Origin: Octopus sinensis
Lineage: Eukaryota
Direction: 5' to 3'
DNA: 64,000 nucleotides
Assembly: GCF_006345805.1 (NCBI RefSeq)
Contig: NC_043001.1
Span: forward strand, 130,386,001-130,450,000
This document shows positions 11,390 to 23,994 of this stretch, one piece after another (within the stretch, counting starts at the first letter, position 1; every line of letters starts with the position of its first letter). The notes under the pieces were generated by a model, which was given only the letters and a program-made list of their open reading frames with translations, ran no database searches and was not told the origin of the DNA. A program made the position numbers and the translations under genes.

Positions 11390-13197
11390 GGTGTATCACA
11401 TTGTAAACAATGGTATCTAGTTTCCTTGTGGTTCACTTTTGCTTTATATACCGTGCATCTCTTTGAAGTATTTGTCTTCTTGGCGGTGGGGGGGAAACAG
11501 TTGTGGAAAATGGTCATGTCCCTTCATCATGTGGTGAGGAGAGAGTCTGGTGTGGGGATGTCCACACATCTTTCTGTTCTTTGGCAGGTCTGATGTTTCT
11601 ATCATTGCATGGAACAATAGATTCCTGAATGTCTCTCCATCCCCTACACTGCCAAGCATCTGCCAAATCAGATGTAAAGTTCATAACACACATGTCAACT
11701 ATATACAAGAACATTTTTTTGTACCATTTCACAAATTTTATCACCAACTTGTGTGTTATCACCAGCTGATCTGAGCAATCGACCCCGCCAATCCCTTCAT
11801 TGTATGAAACAACTACACTTTGTTCCATCATGGCATTACTGTCCACATCTTGTTTCCTAGTGTCCTTCATTCTTGTAGAATGCATTGTAGATAATATGCA
11901 GACATTTTACCTGTCACACCACACTAGTGCAAGAATGCCACTATTGGTGCATCGGTACACTGTTTCCCCCTTTCAAAGTTTTATCCTGTGAAGATTGAGC
12001 AGCATTAGTCCTCCTTGCCTGCAGCTGCAGGAAGAGGTCTGGACTGGAAAACCAGTAGACCATATAAATATTGTAGCCTTTATCAAGCAAGTTTTCATCC
12101 AGCAACACTACAACATCAGTTGAAGCTAGAGAAGATGCTGGAAGATCCAATCTGTCCTGACCAATGTAGAATTTGTAATTCCAGGTGTACCCACAGGCTC
12201 TGCCAGTTGACTGGCATATTTTATAAACCTTGACTTCAAAGCTGACACATTTGGGCAGGTTGTATTGTTTGAATCGGAGCCTTCCCTTGAATTTCATGAA
12301 CTCCATACAAATGTCCTGTGTGGGGATATACACCATTCTGAAATTTTCAGCCATTTCATCCTTTCGGGGTCTCTATGTGCCTCAAAGCAGCACTTACTTC
12401 CTGGATGATGTTAGGACTGATGTCGTTTCCATAGACATATGGAAGTATGTGCCTTAGCTTCGACATAGAGAACAAGAGAGGGTGATAAACCATCTGGCCC
12501 AGACACATTCTATGTCACTGCATTGCAGATTTGTGAGGTTACATTGAATAGCTGATATTACCAGTAGCAAACTCCATTGAGAAAATAGGCATGCTTCTTT
12601 TATGGAGGAAGAGATGGTAAAGGAAGAGTGGATAAGCCTTTTCCGTTTGTTGTCTCTAGTGGAGGAAGTTCCGAGATGGACCATGATTGGACAATATGAA
12701 AGCAGAACTTTTCCTCTCAGCTGAATCCCTCATCAATATCTTAGAATACCATTTGAAGAGGAAGGTGAGAGCAGAAAAAAGGTGCTGGCCTTCAGAAAAT
12801 TTTATGAAAGGCTGGTGGTGAGGGGCCAAATAGACATGACTAGGTGCCTATTCTAACTATGCAAAAGCAGGTTTGACAGCAAGAACTGGGAGAAAAAACA
12901 TTAGCATTTGGTACCACAGTTTAATCCTTGTTTGTACGTCAGGTTCCCTAAATTAATTCAAATACCCTAAATTAATCTATGCCATTGACATCCCCATTTT
13001 TCAATGATCATTTCTTGTTATTTTGTTTATTCTACAATGTTATTGCTATTTATTGTAACTGAATCATTTATTTAATTTTACAGTAATTATTCATTTCACC
13101 CTTTTTTCTCGACATAAACATCACATTGTTCCTTGGCCGTTTTCTCCCATAGTTTGCCTTTACAATGTTGCCAGCATCTCAGGCTTCATTGGCCAAC

Positions 13198-13199
<2 letters not shown>

Positions 13200-13228
<29 letters not shown>

Positions 13229-13289
13229 CCACCACCACCACCATCACCACCACCACCAACATCACCATCACCACCACCACCACCATCAC

Positions 13290-13329
<40 letters not shown>

Positions 13330-13351
13330 GTCATCGTCATCATCATCATCG

Positions 13352-13394
<43 letters not shown>

Positions 13395-13442
13395 TGTTTT
13401 CATTATTATCATTATTATTATTATTATTTATTATTATTATTA

Positions 13443-13475
<33 letters not shown>

Positions 13476-13553
13476 TATTATTATCATTATTATTATTATT
13501 ATTATATTATTATTATTATTATCATTATCATTATTATATTATTATTATTATTA

Positions 13554-13584
<31 letters not shown>

Positions 13585-13730
13585 CATTATTATTATCATT
13601 ATTTTATTATTATATTATTATTATTATTTTATTATTATTATCTTATTATTAGTAGTATAGTAGTTGTAATCTTATCACATTATATTTTATATAATTCTTT
13701 CTTTCTTTCTTTCTTCATTTATTTATTTAT
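13200..13730. repeat. Compound triplet microsatellite (CAT/CAC/CGT grading into ATT)
   Basis: Direct inspection. Confidence 0.95.
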
Positions 13731-14019
13731 TTATATAATGCTTTGTCTGCTCTAGCTTGCATCAATCTAAAATGTTGTTTTGAATATATACATGTTTTGG
13801 CATGTGTTATCACATACACTAATCTTATAGCCCTTCAGATGGAATAAATAAGGATTAAATTAGTAAAGGTTGTAAGCATGATGGATTGTCTATTGATAGG
13901 ATCCCGAAGACGGAGAAAGTTAAAAGAAAATCTTCAAGGTGTGATTTCCACAAAACTGGCATTTGAGTTAATGATGTGTGCGGGTATGCATCTGTAACTG
14001 TGTACTATACATGTACATG

Positions 14020-14116
14020 CCTGAATTTATACACACACACACACACACAAACACACACATACATGTATATATATGTGTGTGTGTGTATATGTATATATAT
14101 ATATATATATATATAC

Positions 14117-14167
<51 letters not shown>

Positions 14168-14187
14168 TATATATATATAATATATAC

Positions 14188-14256
<69 letters not shown>

Positions 14257-14871
14257 GTATACGTATGAGTTTACAAATGACCATACGTACATTTCTACGT
14301 GGTTATACATGTATGCTTATATCTATACATATTTTAAAATTTATCTGTGTGTATGATGTATGAATATGTGTATGTATGAATACATAGATATATGCATGTG
14401 AGCATGTATATATATATGATGTATAATGTATGTATAGTATATCTGTAAATGTGCATGCATATGTGTGCATATAGACACACACACACACACACACATGCAC
14501 GCACACACATACACACACACATACACACACACACACTCGTAACATGGTGTAAATTATTGCAGATGTCATCATAGTGTATCTGATGAAAGAATAAACGTAT
14601 GCATGACTGAATAAATAAATGTAGGAATGGCTGTGCCAAGCAAAGATATGCTTGTTCCGATATATATCACTAATACGAATATGACTGAATTGATATACAT
14701 ATATATTATGCTATACATACATAGATACATACATACATACATAAATACATGCATATATATAGGTATGTATGTGTGTGCGTGTATATATATATATTATATA
14801 TTATATATATATATAAATGCATGCATATGGACACACATACACACACATATATATCTGTGTGTGTGTATGTA

Positions 14872-14933
<62 letters not shown>

Positions 14934-15003
14934 TATATATATATATATGTATATGTATATATGTATATATATAGGTATGTATGTGTGCATAAATACATAT
15001 ATG

Positions 15004-15039
<36 letters not shown>

Positions 15040-15100
15040 GCATGCATATGCACACACATACACATATGTATGTGCATGTATATATATATATATATATATA

Positions 15101-15132
<32 letters not shown>

Positions 15133-15160
15133 TTGCATATCTGTATGTATGTATTATATA
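14020..15160. repeat. Compound (TA)n/(TG)n/(CA)n microsatellite zone
   Basis: Direct inspection. Confidence 0.95.
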
Positions 15161-15167
15161 GAAATTC

Positions 15168-15263
15168 CTTTCTCATGACTCAAGTTTTATGCCACAGTGA
15201 TGATGATATGAAGCCAGAACAGCTTGGCAATCATTTTGGTGTAAAATTTGACTCATGAGAAAG
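15168..15263 (+). ncRNA. Candidate pri-miRNA-like hairpin
   Basis: 15168-15201 pairs with 15230-15263 over 34 positions: 28 Watson-Crick, 4 G-U, 2 mismatches; 28-nt apical loop; no second copy seen in the window. Confidence 0.45.
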
Positions 15264-15449
15264 ATATTTAGTTTTAATAAACTATATACTTAGCACCATG
15301 TATTGAGTGCTCCTTTCCTCCATTGTTGACATGTCACTCTGTTGGCACTCAGAGGGTTACGGTAAATTTGTTTTAAAGCATTCATAGACCGAGGGACATT
15401 ATTCTTGTAAAATAAACATAAAAGATTAATTGCAGAAATATGAAGAATC

Positions 15450-15890
15450 TTTTGTATTTTTTTTGTTTGTTTTTTGTTTTAGCCATTGATCTGTGGTCAT
15501 GCTGGGGCATTGCCTCAAAGGATTTTAGTGAAACAAATCGACTTCAGGACTTATTTTCAAATCTGGTATTTATTCTCTTCTTCTTTCTCAGCCAAATGAC
15601 TAAGTTACAAGAATGTAAACAAACTAGTACCCGTTGTCAAGCAGTAGGGATGGTCATGGTGGTGGACAGATATAAAGACACACATCAAAAGGATTAAGCA
15701 TATATATGCGTGTGAGTGTGTGTGTGTGTGTGTATACGATGGGCTTCTTTCAGTTTCTCTTAACTAACTCCACTCATAAAGCTTTGGTCGGCCCGAGGCT
15801 ATAGTAGAAAACACTTGCCCAAGGTGCCATGCAGTGGGACTGAACCCAGAACCATGTGATGGGGAAGCAAGCTTGTTACCACACAGCCTC
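15450..15890 (-). mobile_element. SINE family B (tRNA head, CORE-like CCTTGGGCAAGTG segment, internal dinucleotide repeat, shared CAGCATGGCC tail)
   Basis: Aligns with the reference copy at 43978-44430. Confidence 0.8.
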
Positions 15891-16264
15891 TCTAAATATA
15901 CTTAGATGCAGAAACTGAATATATTGAGAAAATAAACATATGTACAAGCATACATGTGTTCTATGTTGAGTATCTGTAAATCTCACCTGCTGACTAACAA
16001 ACAAAAAGGAACGAAGGAGAGCTTCTTACAAAGCAAAGAAGAAAGGTGAGTATATTTCAGGTACAAAGGCCATACTTCAGAAGAAAATAGTTAGGAAATG
16101 TGAATTTATGTAGATCCTGCAATTTAGCTGAACAGACAGAGACCCCACTTTGTCCAGTGAGTATGACAGCAGCAGCAGTAGTTCAAGAATTTGGACCTGG
16201 AGATCTCCATTCCAGTGACTTTAAGGGCCACCTCCCAGTGGTGTCAGGCATCAACGAAAAGCCC

Positions 16265-16682
16265 TATTACTCTTTCTTACTCTTTTACTCTTTTACTTGT
16301 TTCAGTCATTTGACTGCGGCCATGCTGGAGCACCACCTTTAATCGAGCAACTCGAGCCTGGGACTTATTCTTTTGTAAGCCCAGTACTTATTCTATCGGT
16401 CTCTTTTGCCGAACCGCTAAGTAACGGGAACATAAAACACACCAGCATCGGTTGTCAAGCAATGCCAGGGGGACAAACACAGACACACAAACACGCACAC
16501 GCATATATATAAACATATATACGACGGGCTTCTTTCAGTTTCCGCCAACCAAATCCACTCACAAGGCTTTGGTTGGCCCGAGGCTATAGCAGAAGACACT
16601 TGCACAAAGTGCCACACAGTAGGATTGAACCCAGAACCATGTGGTTGGTAAACAAGCTACTTACTACACAGCCACCCCTGCG
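16265..16682 (-). mobile_element. SINE family B
   Basis: Full-length reverse complement of 43978-44430. Confidence 0.9.
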
Positions 16683-17394
16683 TCTTGACTACAACAAGAC
16701 AACCAAAGTTTTTTTTTTTCCAAAGTCTGGGGTTTCCCGCCCCTAAGCCCTAGACCATCACCTAATCACCCTTACCCGGCTTGTTGCTTAACAACAACAA
16801 CAACAACAACAACAGCAGCAGTTTACCCCAAAATGGCATTGTTGGTGGCCAATCATCATTGTAGTAGTGATGACACAGGTCATGGCAATGGCAAGGTTTA
16901 TGGATGATGACTGGCTTCAACATAGTTTCTTTCTATCAAATTCACTCACAAGGCATTGACTGGCCTAGGGCTATAGCAGATAATAGGGTGTGATTTACGG
17001 GAATTTGGTGGCTATTTCTTGTATACCGATGTAGCGTGTAGGGACTCCTTTGTTGCTATATCAGTCAATCTGATAATGTTTGATTTACTTTTTTTTCTGT
17101 GGTAGCAAAGATTAGACAAACATACAGAGGCATTGTTTTACAGCCAGAAACTTTTCCTGTTGCTAACCCTTGCCTGTTTTACAAATAAGGGATCTCATTC
17201 TACTTGTGTTTGAAGGTACAAAGCCAGCTGACAATTAGGTGTCAAAGAAAACGACAATGTCACTCCTTACAGCTCAGTGGTTTTTAGAGAAACACAAATG
17301 TAAATGAACACACGCATACATGCACATGTGCACATACACACACCTGCATGCACACTCGCATATACATGCATATTCTCACACACACATGTATGCA

Positions 17395-17855
17395 CAGCAC
17401 TAAGAGTACCATGGAGCACTAACAGTACCATACAAGCGTGATCGTTGCCAGAGCAACAAACTGCCTCCGTGCTGGTGACATGTAAAAAGCCCCATTCAAG
17501 CATGATTATTACCAGTGTCGCCTTACTGGCACTTGTGCTGGTGGCACATGAAAAACAACATTCGAGTGAGGTTGCTGCCGGGGCCGCTGGACTGGCTCTT
17601 GTGCAGGTGGCACATAAAAAGCACCATTTGAATGTGGCCGTTGCCAGTACTGCCTGACTGGCCTTCATGCCGGTGGCACATAAAAGCATCCACTACAATC
17701 TCAGAGTGGTTGATGTTAGGAAGGGCAACCAGCTGTAGAAACTCTGCCAGATCAGATTGGAGCCTGGTGCAGCCATCTGGTTCGCCAGACCTCAGTCAAA
17801 TTGTCCAACCCTTGCTAGCATGGAAAGCAGACATTAAACGATGATGATGATGATG
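17395..17855 (+). mobile_element. Family C RTE 3'-end copy with about five internal ~60-bp tandem units
   Basis: Repeated GTGC(T/A)GGTGGCACAT(A/G)AAAA(A)GCACC units, then the family C core and (GAT)n tail. Confidence 0.85.
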
Positions 17856-18539
17856 ATTCATATATATACAATGGAGTTCTTTCAGTTTCTGTTAGCTAAA
17901 TCCATTCAGTCAGCTTGGAGTTATAATAGATGGCACTTTCCCAAGGGAATGCACAGTGGGACTGAACCCAAAACCATGTGGTTACAAAGCAAAATTCTCA
18001 ACCACACATCCATGTCTGTGTCTATAATCTTCATGGAGATATAAGGCAGAAACATTATAATTCCGAAACAGTAAGAAAATGATTTTGTAATTTTTCTTTA
18101 GTAAAAGGTATCTCATGTTTATTTGGTGCTTGGATGTCTTTCACAACGAATGCAACATGAAAATACTGCTGCAAGTGACAGATAAATCCAAAATTGTTCC
18201 ATGTTATCAAAAGTGAATAAAAAAAAAATTGCACACCTAGAATTTTATTAAGAGAGAAGCAAGCTTTTAGTCTCTATTTGCAAACATCTCTTCTGTGTAA
18301 TTCTAAGGAGCACAAAACGCCACAAAATATTTCCAATATCAACTGCCTCATTAAAGCCAAACTCTGTTTTTGCATAGCAAAGAAATTCTACTAAATTTGG
18401 AGGAATTTCAGATATCTTCAAGCTTTTGTAGGGATATCAGTAAATTCAAGAATAGAGGGTGATTATATTTCAACAATAACAGTTAACTTCAGCAAATTTT
18501 CAACGGGGAAATAAAGCAAACGTTTTTAAATATAGGGAA

Positions 18540-18835
18540 ATATCAACACAAGAACAATTAATTATTTAGAATTCTCAACCAGAGAACAATTAGATAAGGA
18601 TCATTACATAAACGAAAACAGATAATTGAAGAGAAGAGTTAGATGCAGTGAATTCTTTACAAGAAAACAGTTAAGAATGGAACATTCTTAACAAGAGAAA
18701 TGTTAAAGGTGAAGAACTCTCAGCAGTTAAATACAAAGAATTTGCAGCAAAAGAGCAGTTAAAATACAGAGAATTATTCACGTAAAATAATTAGATCCTG
18801 ACAATTCTAAACAAGAAGGCAGTGAGCTGGCAGAA
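18540..18835. repeat. Degenerate ~30-bp tandem repeat (GAATTCTyAACAAGAGAACAGTTA-like)
   Basis: About eight diverged units seen by eye. Confidence 0.55.
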
Positions 18836-19084
18836 TCCTTAGCACTTTATGTTTTAACTTCAAAGAAAACTTTGCCTTTCATTCCTTTAGGGTGAATAAA
18901 ATAAAAAAATTGGGATTGATGTAACTGACTCATTCCCTTCCCTTAAAACTGTTGGTCTTGAACTCTGCAATGAACCTTGTTGCAATCTTGGTGACATATA
19001 CACTATAAAAAACTGAGTAACCTACCTCATTGGTCTTAGGTCTTAAGAAAAAAAAAGCTTCTAAAAAGGAGACTATTTAAACAT

Positions 19085-19675
19085 TCTTTCTTTTCTTCTT
19101 TTTATTTGTTTCAGTCATTTGACTGCGGCCATGCTGGAGCATCGCCTTTAGTCGAGCAAATTGACCCCAGGACTTATTCTTTGTAAGCCTAGTACTTAGT
19201 CTATCGGTCTGACTTGGACGTAAACACATCAGCATTGGTTGTCAAGTGATGTTGGGGGGACAAACATATCCACACACACACACACACACATATGTATATA
19301 TGACGGGCTTCTTTCAGCTTCCCTCAACCAAATCCACTCACAAGGCTTTGGTCAGCCCGAGACTATAGTAGAAGACACTTGCCCAAGGTGCCACGCAGTG
19401 GGACTGAACCTGGAACCATGTGGCTGGTAAGTAAACTTACAAAAGCTGGTTATGAAGCAGTGCTGGGGGAACGCACAGACATTAGTCACACACACACAAG
19501 TACTGATATATACATGATAGACTTCTTTCAGTTTCTGTCTACCAAATCCATTCACAAATCTTTGGTTGGTCTGAAGCTATAGTAGAAGGCACTCGCCCAA
19601 AGTGCCATGAAGTGGGACTGAACCTGAGTTCAAGTTGTTCGGAAGCAAGCTTCTTACCACACAGCTACACCTGCA
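19085..19675 (-). mobile_element. Two adjacent SINE family B copies (one near full length, one 5' half)
   Basis: Reverse-complement matches to the family B head and tail. Confidence 0.85.
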
Positions 19676-19829
19676 CTTTTATACTGAATATTTTATTGCT
19701 AAACACACTGTGCCTGAGAATAATATGAGATGGTCATGGTAGGAAGGAATTTCATCACAGGTCTTCATTTTTGGAGTATACACAAAGCTAAATAAACAAC
19801 AACAACAACAAGTACACCTGGAATACTGT

Positions 19830-20590
19830 TTCCAAGTAAAAGGAAGATTGTACGATGTATGTTTTACCGTCAGCAATTCTCTATGGTAGTGAGATAGGGG
19901 CCCTGAATGAGAGGGCATGTGAAGGTTCGAAAGGAATGAGTCTAGTATGTTCCACTGGATGTGTAGTGTAAGTGTACAAGTTTGACAGAGTGCTAGTGTT
20001 TTGAAAGAGAAGTTAGGCATAAGGGGAATTAGTTGCTGTGTGCAAGAGAGAAGACTACACTGGTTTGGTCATGTGGTGCGAATGGATGCTGACAGCTCTA
20101 TAAAGAAGTGCCGATCTCTCAAAGTAGATGGAACATGTGGAAGGGGGAGACCCAGGAATACATGGGATGAAGTCCTGAAGAACAACCTTAGGATGCTGAA
20201 CCTTTCAGGTGAGATGAGAAAGGACCGAGATGCCTGGCACCTTGCTGTACTCTGCAGCAGAAGTGTTAAGACCAGTCCCTTTGGTGGTGAAAAGCACTCA
20301 TGGTGGGGCCCTGTAAAAGTGCTTGTGTGATGCCATGAGTAAGTGCCTGTGTGATGTCACATAAAAATGCCCATACTGTGCCATCTAAAAGCACCCATGC
20401 CACGCCACGTAAAAGCACCCATGTGGAACCACATAAAAGGACCCAGCACACTCTGAATAGTGGTGGGCATTAGGAAGGGCTTCGAGTCATGGGGACCATG
20501 CCAAATCAGACTGAAATCTGATGTGGCTCTCCAGCTTTCCAGCTCTGATTAAACCATCAAACCAATGCCAGCACGGACAACAAAATTTCT
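19830..20590 (+). mobile_element. RTE-clade LINE 3' fragment (ORF C-terminus plus 3' UTR)
   Basis: VKGRLYD.C..SAILYGSE...RRLHWFGHVVRM...GTCGRGRPRNTWDEVLKNNL...DRDAW; frameshifted; UTR holds GCCACGTAAAAGCACCCAT repeats and the family C core. Confidence 0.9.
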
Positions 20591-20918
20591 TTTTATCTTT
20601 CAAATTGTTATATATCTTTCATACAATGGTTGCTACTTGGCAACAGAAGCATTCCAAGCATTTCAATATTACGCTGTAAGACTACACTGGGGCAACCTCT
20701 TTAAGGGGTTAGTCAAACAAATTCCCACCCACTGTACTTATTTTTAAGCCTAGTTCCTATTCTATTGGTCTCTTTAGCTGAAGTGCTAAATGACAAGGAA
20801 CATAAACAAACTAAGGATGGTTGTCATGCAGTAGTAGGGGACAAACACAAAGACACACACATGGTTTTTTTTCGAGAGTGTAGTAAGACAACAGGATGTT
20901 GTCTTACTATACTATAAC

Positions 20919-21653
20919 CAGTGCCAGATTTAGGACAAATGCTGTTAAGTTATGAGGCCCCTTAATTTGGTACAGAGAATTATTTATACACAGTATTATG
21001 TTATAAAATGTGTAAATGTGTTCACATTATTAATTTCACTTTTAAGGAGGCTAGCTGGCAGAAACATTAGCATGCAAGGTGAAATGCTTAGCAGTATTTC
21101 GTCTGCATTTAGGTTCAGAGTTCAAATTCAACCGTGGTCGACTTTGCCTTTCATCTTTTGGGGTTGATTATATAACTAACAGTTATGCACTGGGGTTGAT
21201 GTAATCGACTTAATCCCTTTGTCTGTCCTTGTTTGTCCCCTCTATGTTTAGCCCCCTGTGGGCAATAACCAAATAAATATTAAGGTAGCGAGCTGGCAGA
21301 ATCGTTAGCATGCTGGATGAAGTGCTTAGCAGTATTTTGCCCTTCACTAAATTCTGAGTTCAAATTCCACCAAAGTTGACTTTACCTTTCATCCATTCGG
21401 GGTCGATAAATTAAGTACCAGTAAAACACTAGGGTCGATGTATTCGACTATACCCCTCCCCCAAATTTCAAGCCTTGTGCCTATAATAGAAAAGATTATT
21501 AATTTCACTTTTATAACTTTTAGGTAAAACATTCGAATGTTTGACATTTGAAAAATTTTTCATAAGAATTTGGTGAGCAGGAGGATGGGCTCTCACTGGT
21601 CAATGGGGCCCAGTGCTTAGGCACACCTAAGCACAACGGTAAATCAGGCTCTA
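20919..21653. mobile_element. Possible hAT-type MITE containing two nested family A SINEs (21045-21280, 21281-21500)
   Basis: Imperfect TIR CAGTGCCAGATTTA / TAAATCAGGCTCT; flanks ACTATAAC and ACTATATA (6 of 8 match, possible 8-bp TSD). Confidence 0.45.
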
Positions 21654-21922
21654 ACTATATACCTTAAGCATGTTGCCTGAGACACATCAGCATTGTTTTT
21701 CTTTTAAGTCAGCAAATTGTCCTGCATATCATGTCTTCAAAGTAATGTGGAATAAGTTATCCATCCCTTGAAAAACAAGGAAGTTTAAGTAGCATCACGG
21801 AGGGAATCCGGCTGGAAATCAATACTTGAAATAGCAAATTCATCCAACCCATGCCAACATTGCAAAATATATGTGAGACAATATATTCGTCTATCTGCCT
21901 GCCTGGCTGCCTTTCACTCTCC

Positions 21923-21980
<58 letters not shown>

Positions 21981-22123
21981 ATATGAAAAGTTAACTCTAT
22001 CCATTTATTCATCACCATATATAGTTAATATCTGTAGCCCCCTGGTGAAAAATATCTTGCCAAACCTAATTATGATGCACCCTGTGGAGTGAGTATGTAA
22101 TTTATTACCATATATATATTATA

Positions 22124-22154
<31 letters not shown>

Positions 22155-22410
22155 TATGCATATATATACACACATGCACACATACAATATCCACAGACAT
22201 ACATATGTATGTATGCATATATATATATAGATATGTATATATATGTATATATATACACATACATATATACACATATATATGTACATATATATATATATAC
22301 ATATAATATATACATATATATATATGTATATATATACACATACATATATACATACATATATATATGTATATACATATATATATAATTATATATATATATA
22401 TATATATATA

Positions 22411-23940
22411 ATCCTTAAATCCTTAAATCCTAAAAATGTTTATAGCCGAAGGCCGCGGCCATGCTGGGGCACCACCGCTGAATGAGCTACACTAGTTTGT
22501 GAATCCACCTCTGATACGTGGCACTTGATCAACAAGAAGTTCGATGCTGCTGCCCGCATCCGTGTCTCCTGTCGTGAGGTAGGTTCATCTGGGACTCCCA
22601 ACAAGAGAGAGATCCAGTTTAGTTTTAAGAAACCCACATCCACACCATGTAGTCTCTCAGGCATTTAGGGAGGATGTTAAAGAGCTGTGGTCCTCTGAAA
22701 CCCAAGCTGTTGCAGTATCTGGACCTGTATTTTGATGGTGATGTTGGAATCCTTGGCACCACGCAGCGGCGCCCCTTCTGCGGTTGGAGTAACTTTGAAT
22801 GCCAAAGTTTGGGACAGACCCTCCAGGATTTCCAGATGTATATCACTGCATATCCTCCCGCCTCCGCTCCAGGGAGAAGAGGTTTAATACCTTCAGTCTT
22901 TCCAGTAACTGACATTTGCATTGAGACGATTTTCTTTGTGTAGCTTCTTGAGTTGCTTCGAGTTCTGCTGTTTGTTTTATATTGTGTGGTGACCAAAGTT
23001 GGGAGCAGTAGTCCAAGTGGCTGAGGACAAATGTTTTCCATAGGACCATCAGTGTCCCTTTCTCTTGTTCTGAAAAGTCGGAGAATCCATCCAGCTAGCC
23101 GTCTGCATTTTATCACAGATTAGCATATGCATTTGGAAAGATGCATCATTTGCTCATGTCAATGCCCAGGTCACGCACTGATTTTGACTCATGGGATTGC
23201 AATTCTTCCTGGGCCAGTGTATCCAGTCTTCACGTCATTACCTTGTGGCCCAGTAGCGCAGGGCTGGAACTTACCTGCATTAACTGCATGTGTTGTCCTA
23301 AGCCCACCTGTATATTGTTGTCCAGCTCATGTTGCAGATGCGCAATATTTTCAGGGTTTTGTATTGCGTGGGAGACTTTTGTGTCATCTGCATAGCTAGC
23401 AAGGGTGGTCATCGTAGCAACTGAAGGCATGTCTGAAAGGGCCACTATGAACATCAGTGGCCCCAAGACAGTGCCCTGGGGGACACCGCTTGTTATTTGC
23501 GTTTCCCCTGGAGGTGGGCTCCATTGCTCACAACTGCGTTTTCTGTCTTTTAGGAAGTTGTGCAGCCACTCTCCAAGTTTCCCGCCTATGCTGAGACCAC
23601 GCAGTTTGTGACAGATCATAACATGGTCGACTTTATCAAAGGCCTTTGCAAAGTCAAGATATATTACATCCACATTTGAGCCATTTAGTAGCTGTTTTCA
23701 ACACCCAGTCATAGTGTTGCAGGAGCTGTGTTAGGCAGCCTCTACCTGGTCGAAATCCATGCTGGGTGTCAGACAGTAAAGTCATTTTCTTCAAGGAACA
23801 TGATTAGTTTCTTACGGACTATTCGTTCCATGACTTTGCTGATGTGTGAGGTCAGAGAGATAGGCTATAATTTTTAGCATCTGCTCTGCTACTCCCTTAT
23901 GGATAGGGCATATTACCCCCTCTTTCGTTTGACTGGGAGC
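22411..23940 (-). mobile_element. CR1-group LINE, 5'-truncated pseudogenised ORF2 with RT domain, 3' UTR and (TTTAAGGA)n tail
   Basis: PISLTSHISKVMER...QHGFRPGR.CLTQLL...DVIYLDFAKAFDKVDH...SGVPQGTVLGP...YADDTK...LDYCSQLWSP...LFSLERRR...GPQLFNILP; frameshifts. Confidence 0.95.
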
Positions 23941-23994
23941 TTACCACTTGCAAGAAAGCTCTGAAAAAGAAGCTGTAGCGGTTTTGCAAGGGCT

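Larger units (their letters stand above)
10325..12356 (-). mobile_element. Decayed piggyBac transposon (PGBD4-like transposase remnant), interrupted by two SINEs
   Basis: Fragments MKFKGRLRFKQY...KVYKICQ...GYTWNY..YIG...LLDKGYNIYM.YWFSSPDLF, SYNEGIGGVDCSDQ...KWYKKMFLYIVDM and C-terminal Cys-rich KRCTV...KETRYHCLQCD.PLCVVPC match piggyBac (DDE_Tnp_1_7) motifs; frameshifts and stops; candidate end TTAA|CCC at 10325-10331; other end not found. Confidence 0.9.

Noticed and set aside
12360-12700. Possible LINE remnant (SGPDGLSP-like peptide on the minus strand)
   Set aside because: Single short motif amid stops; insufficient support
12721-12764. Small AG...GT-bounded open segments (also about 4000-4031, 13900-13940, 49553-49620 on +; 54547-54616 on -) as host exons
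   Set aside because: No recognisable protein similarity and no consistent strand or phase chain; such segments arise by chance; RNA-seq needed
15197-15260. Box C/D snoRNA reading of the hairpin (GUGAUGA)
   Set aside because: No CUGA box D near the 3' end, and the box C candidate is buried in the stem
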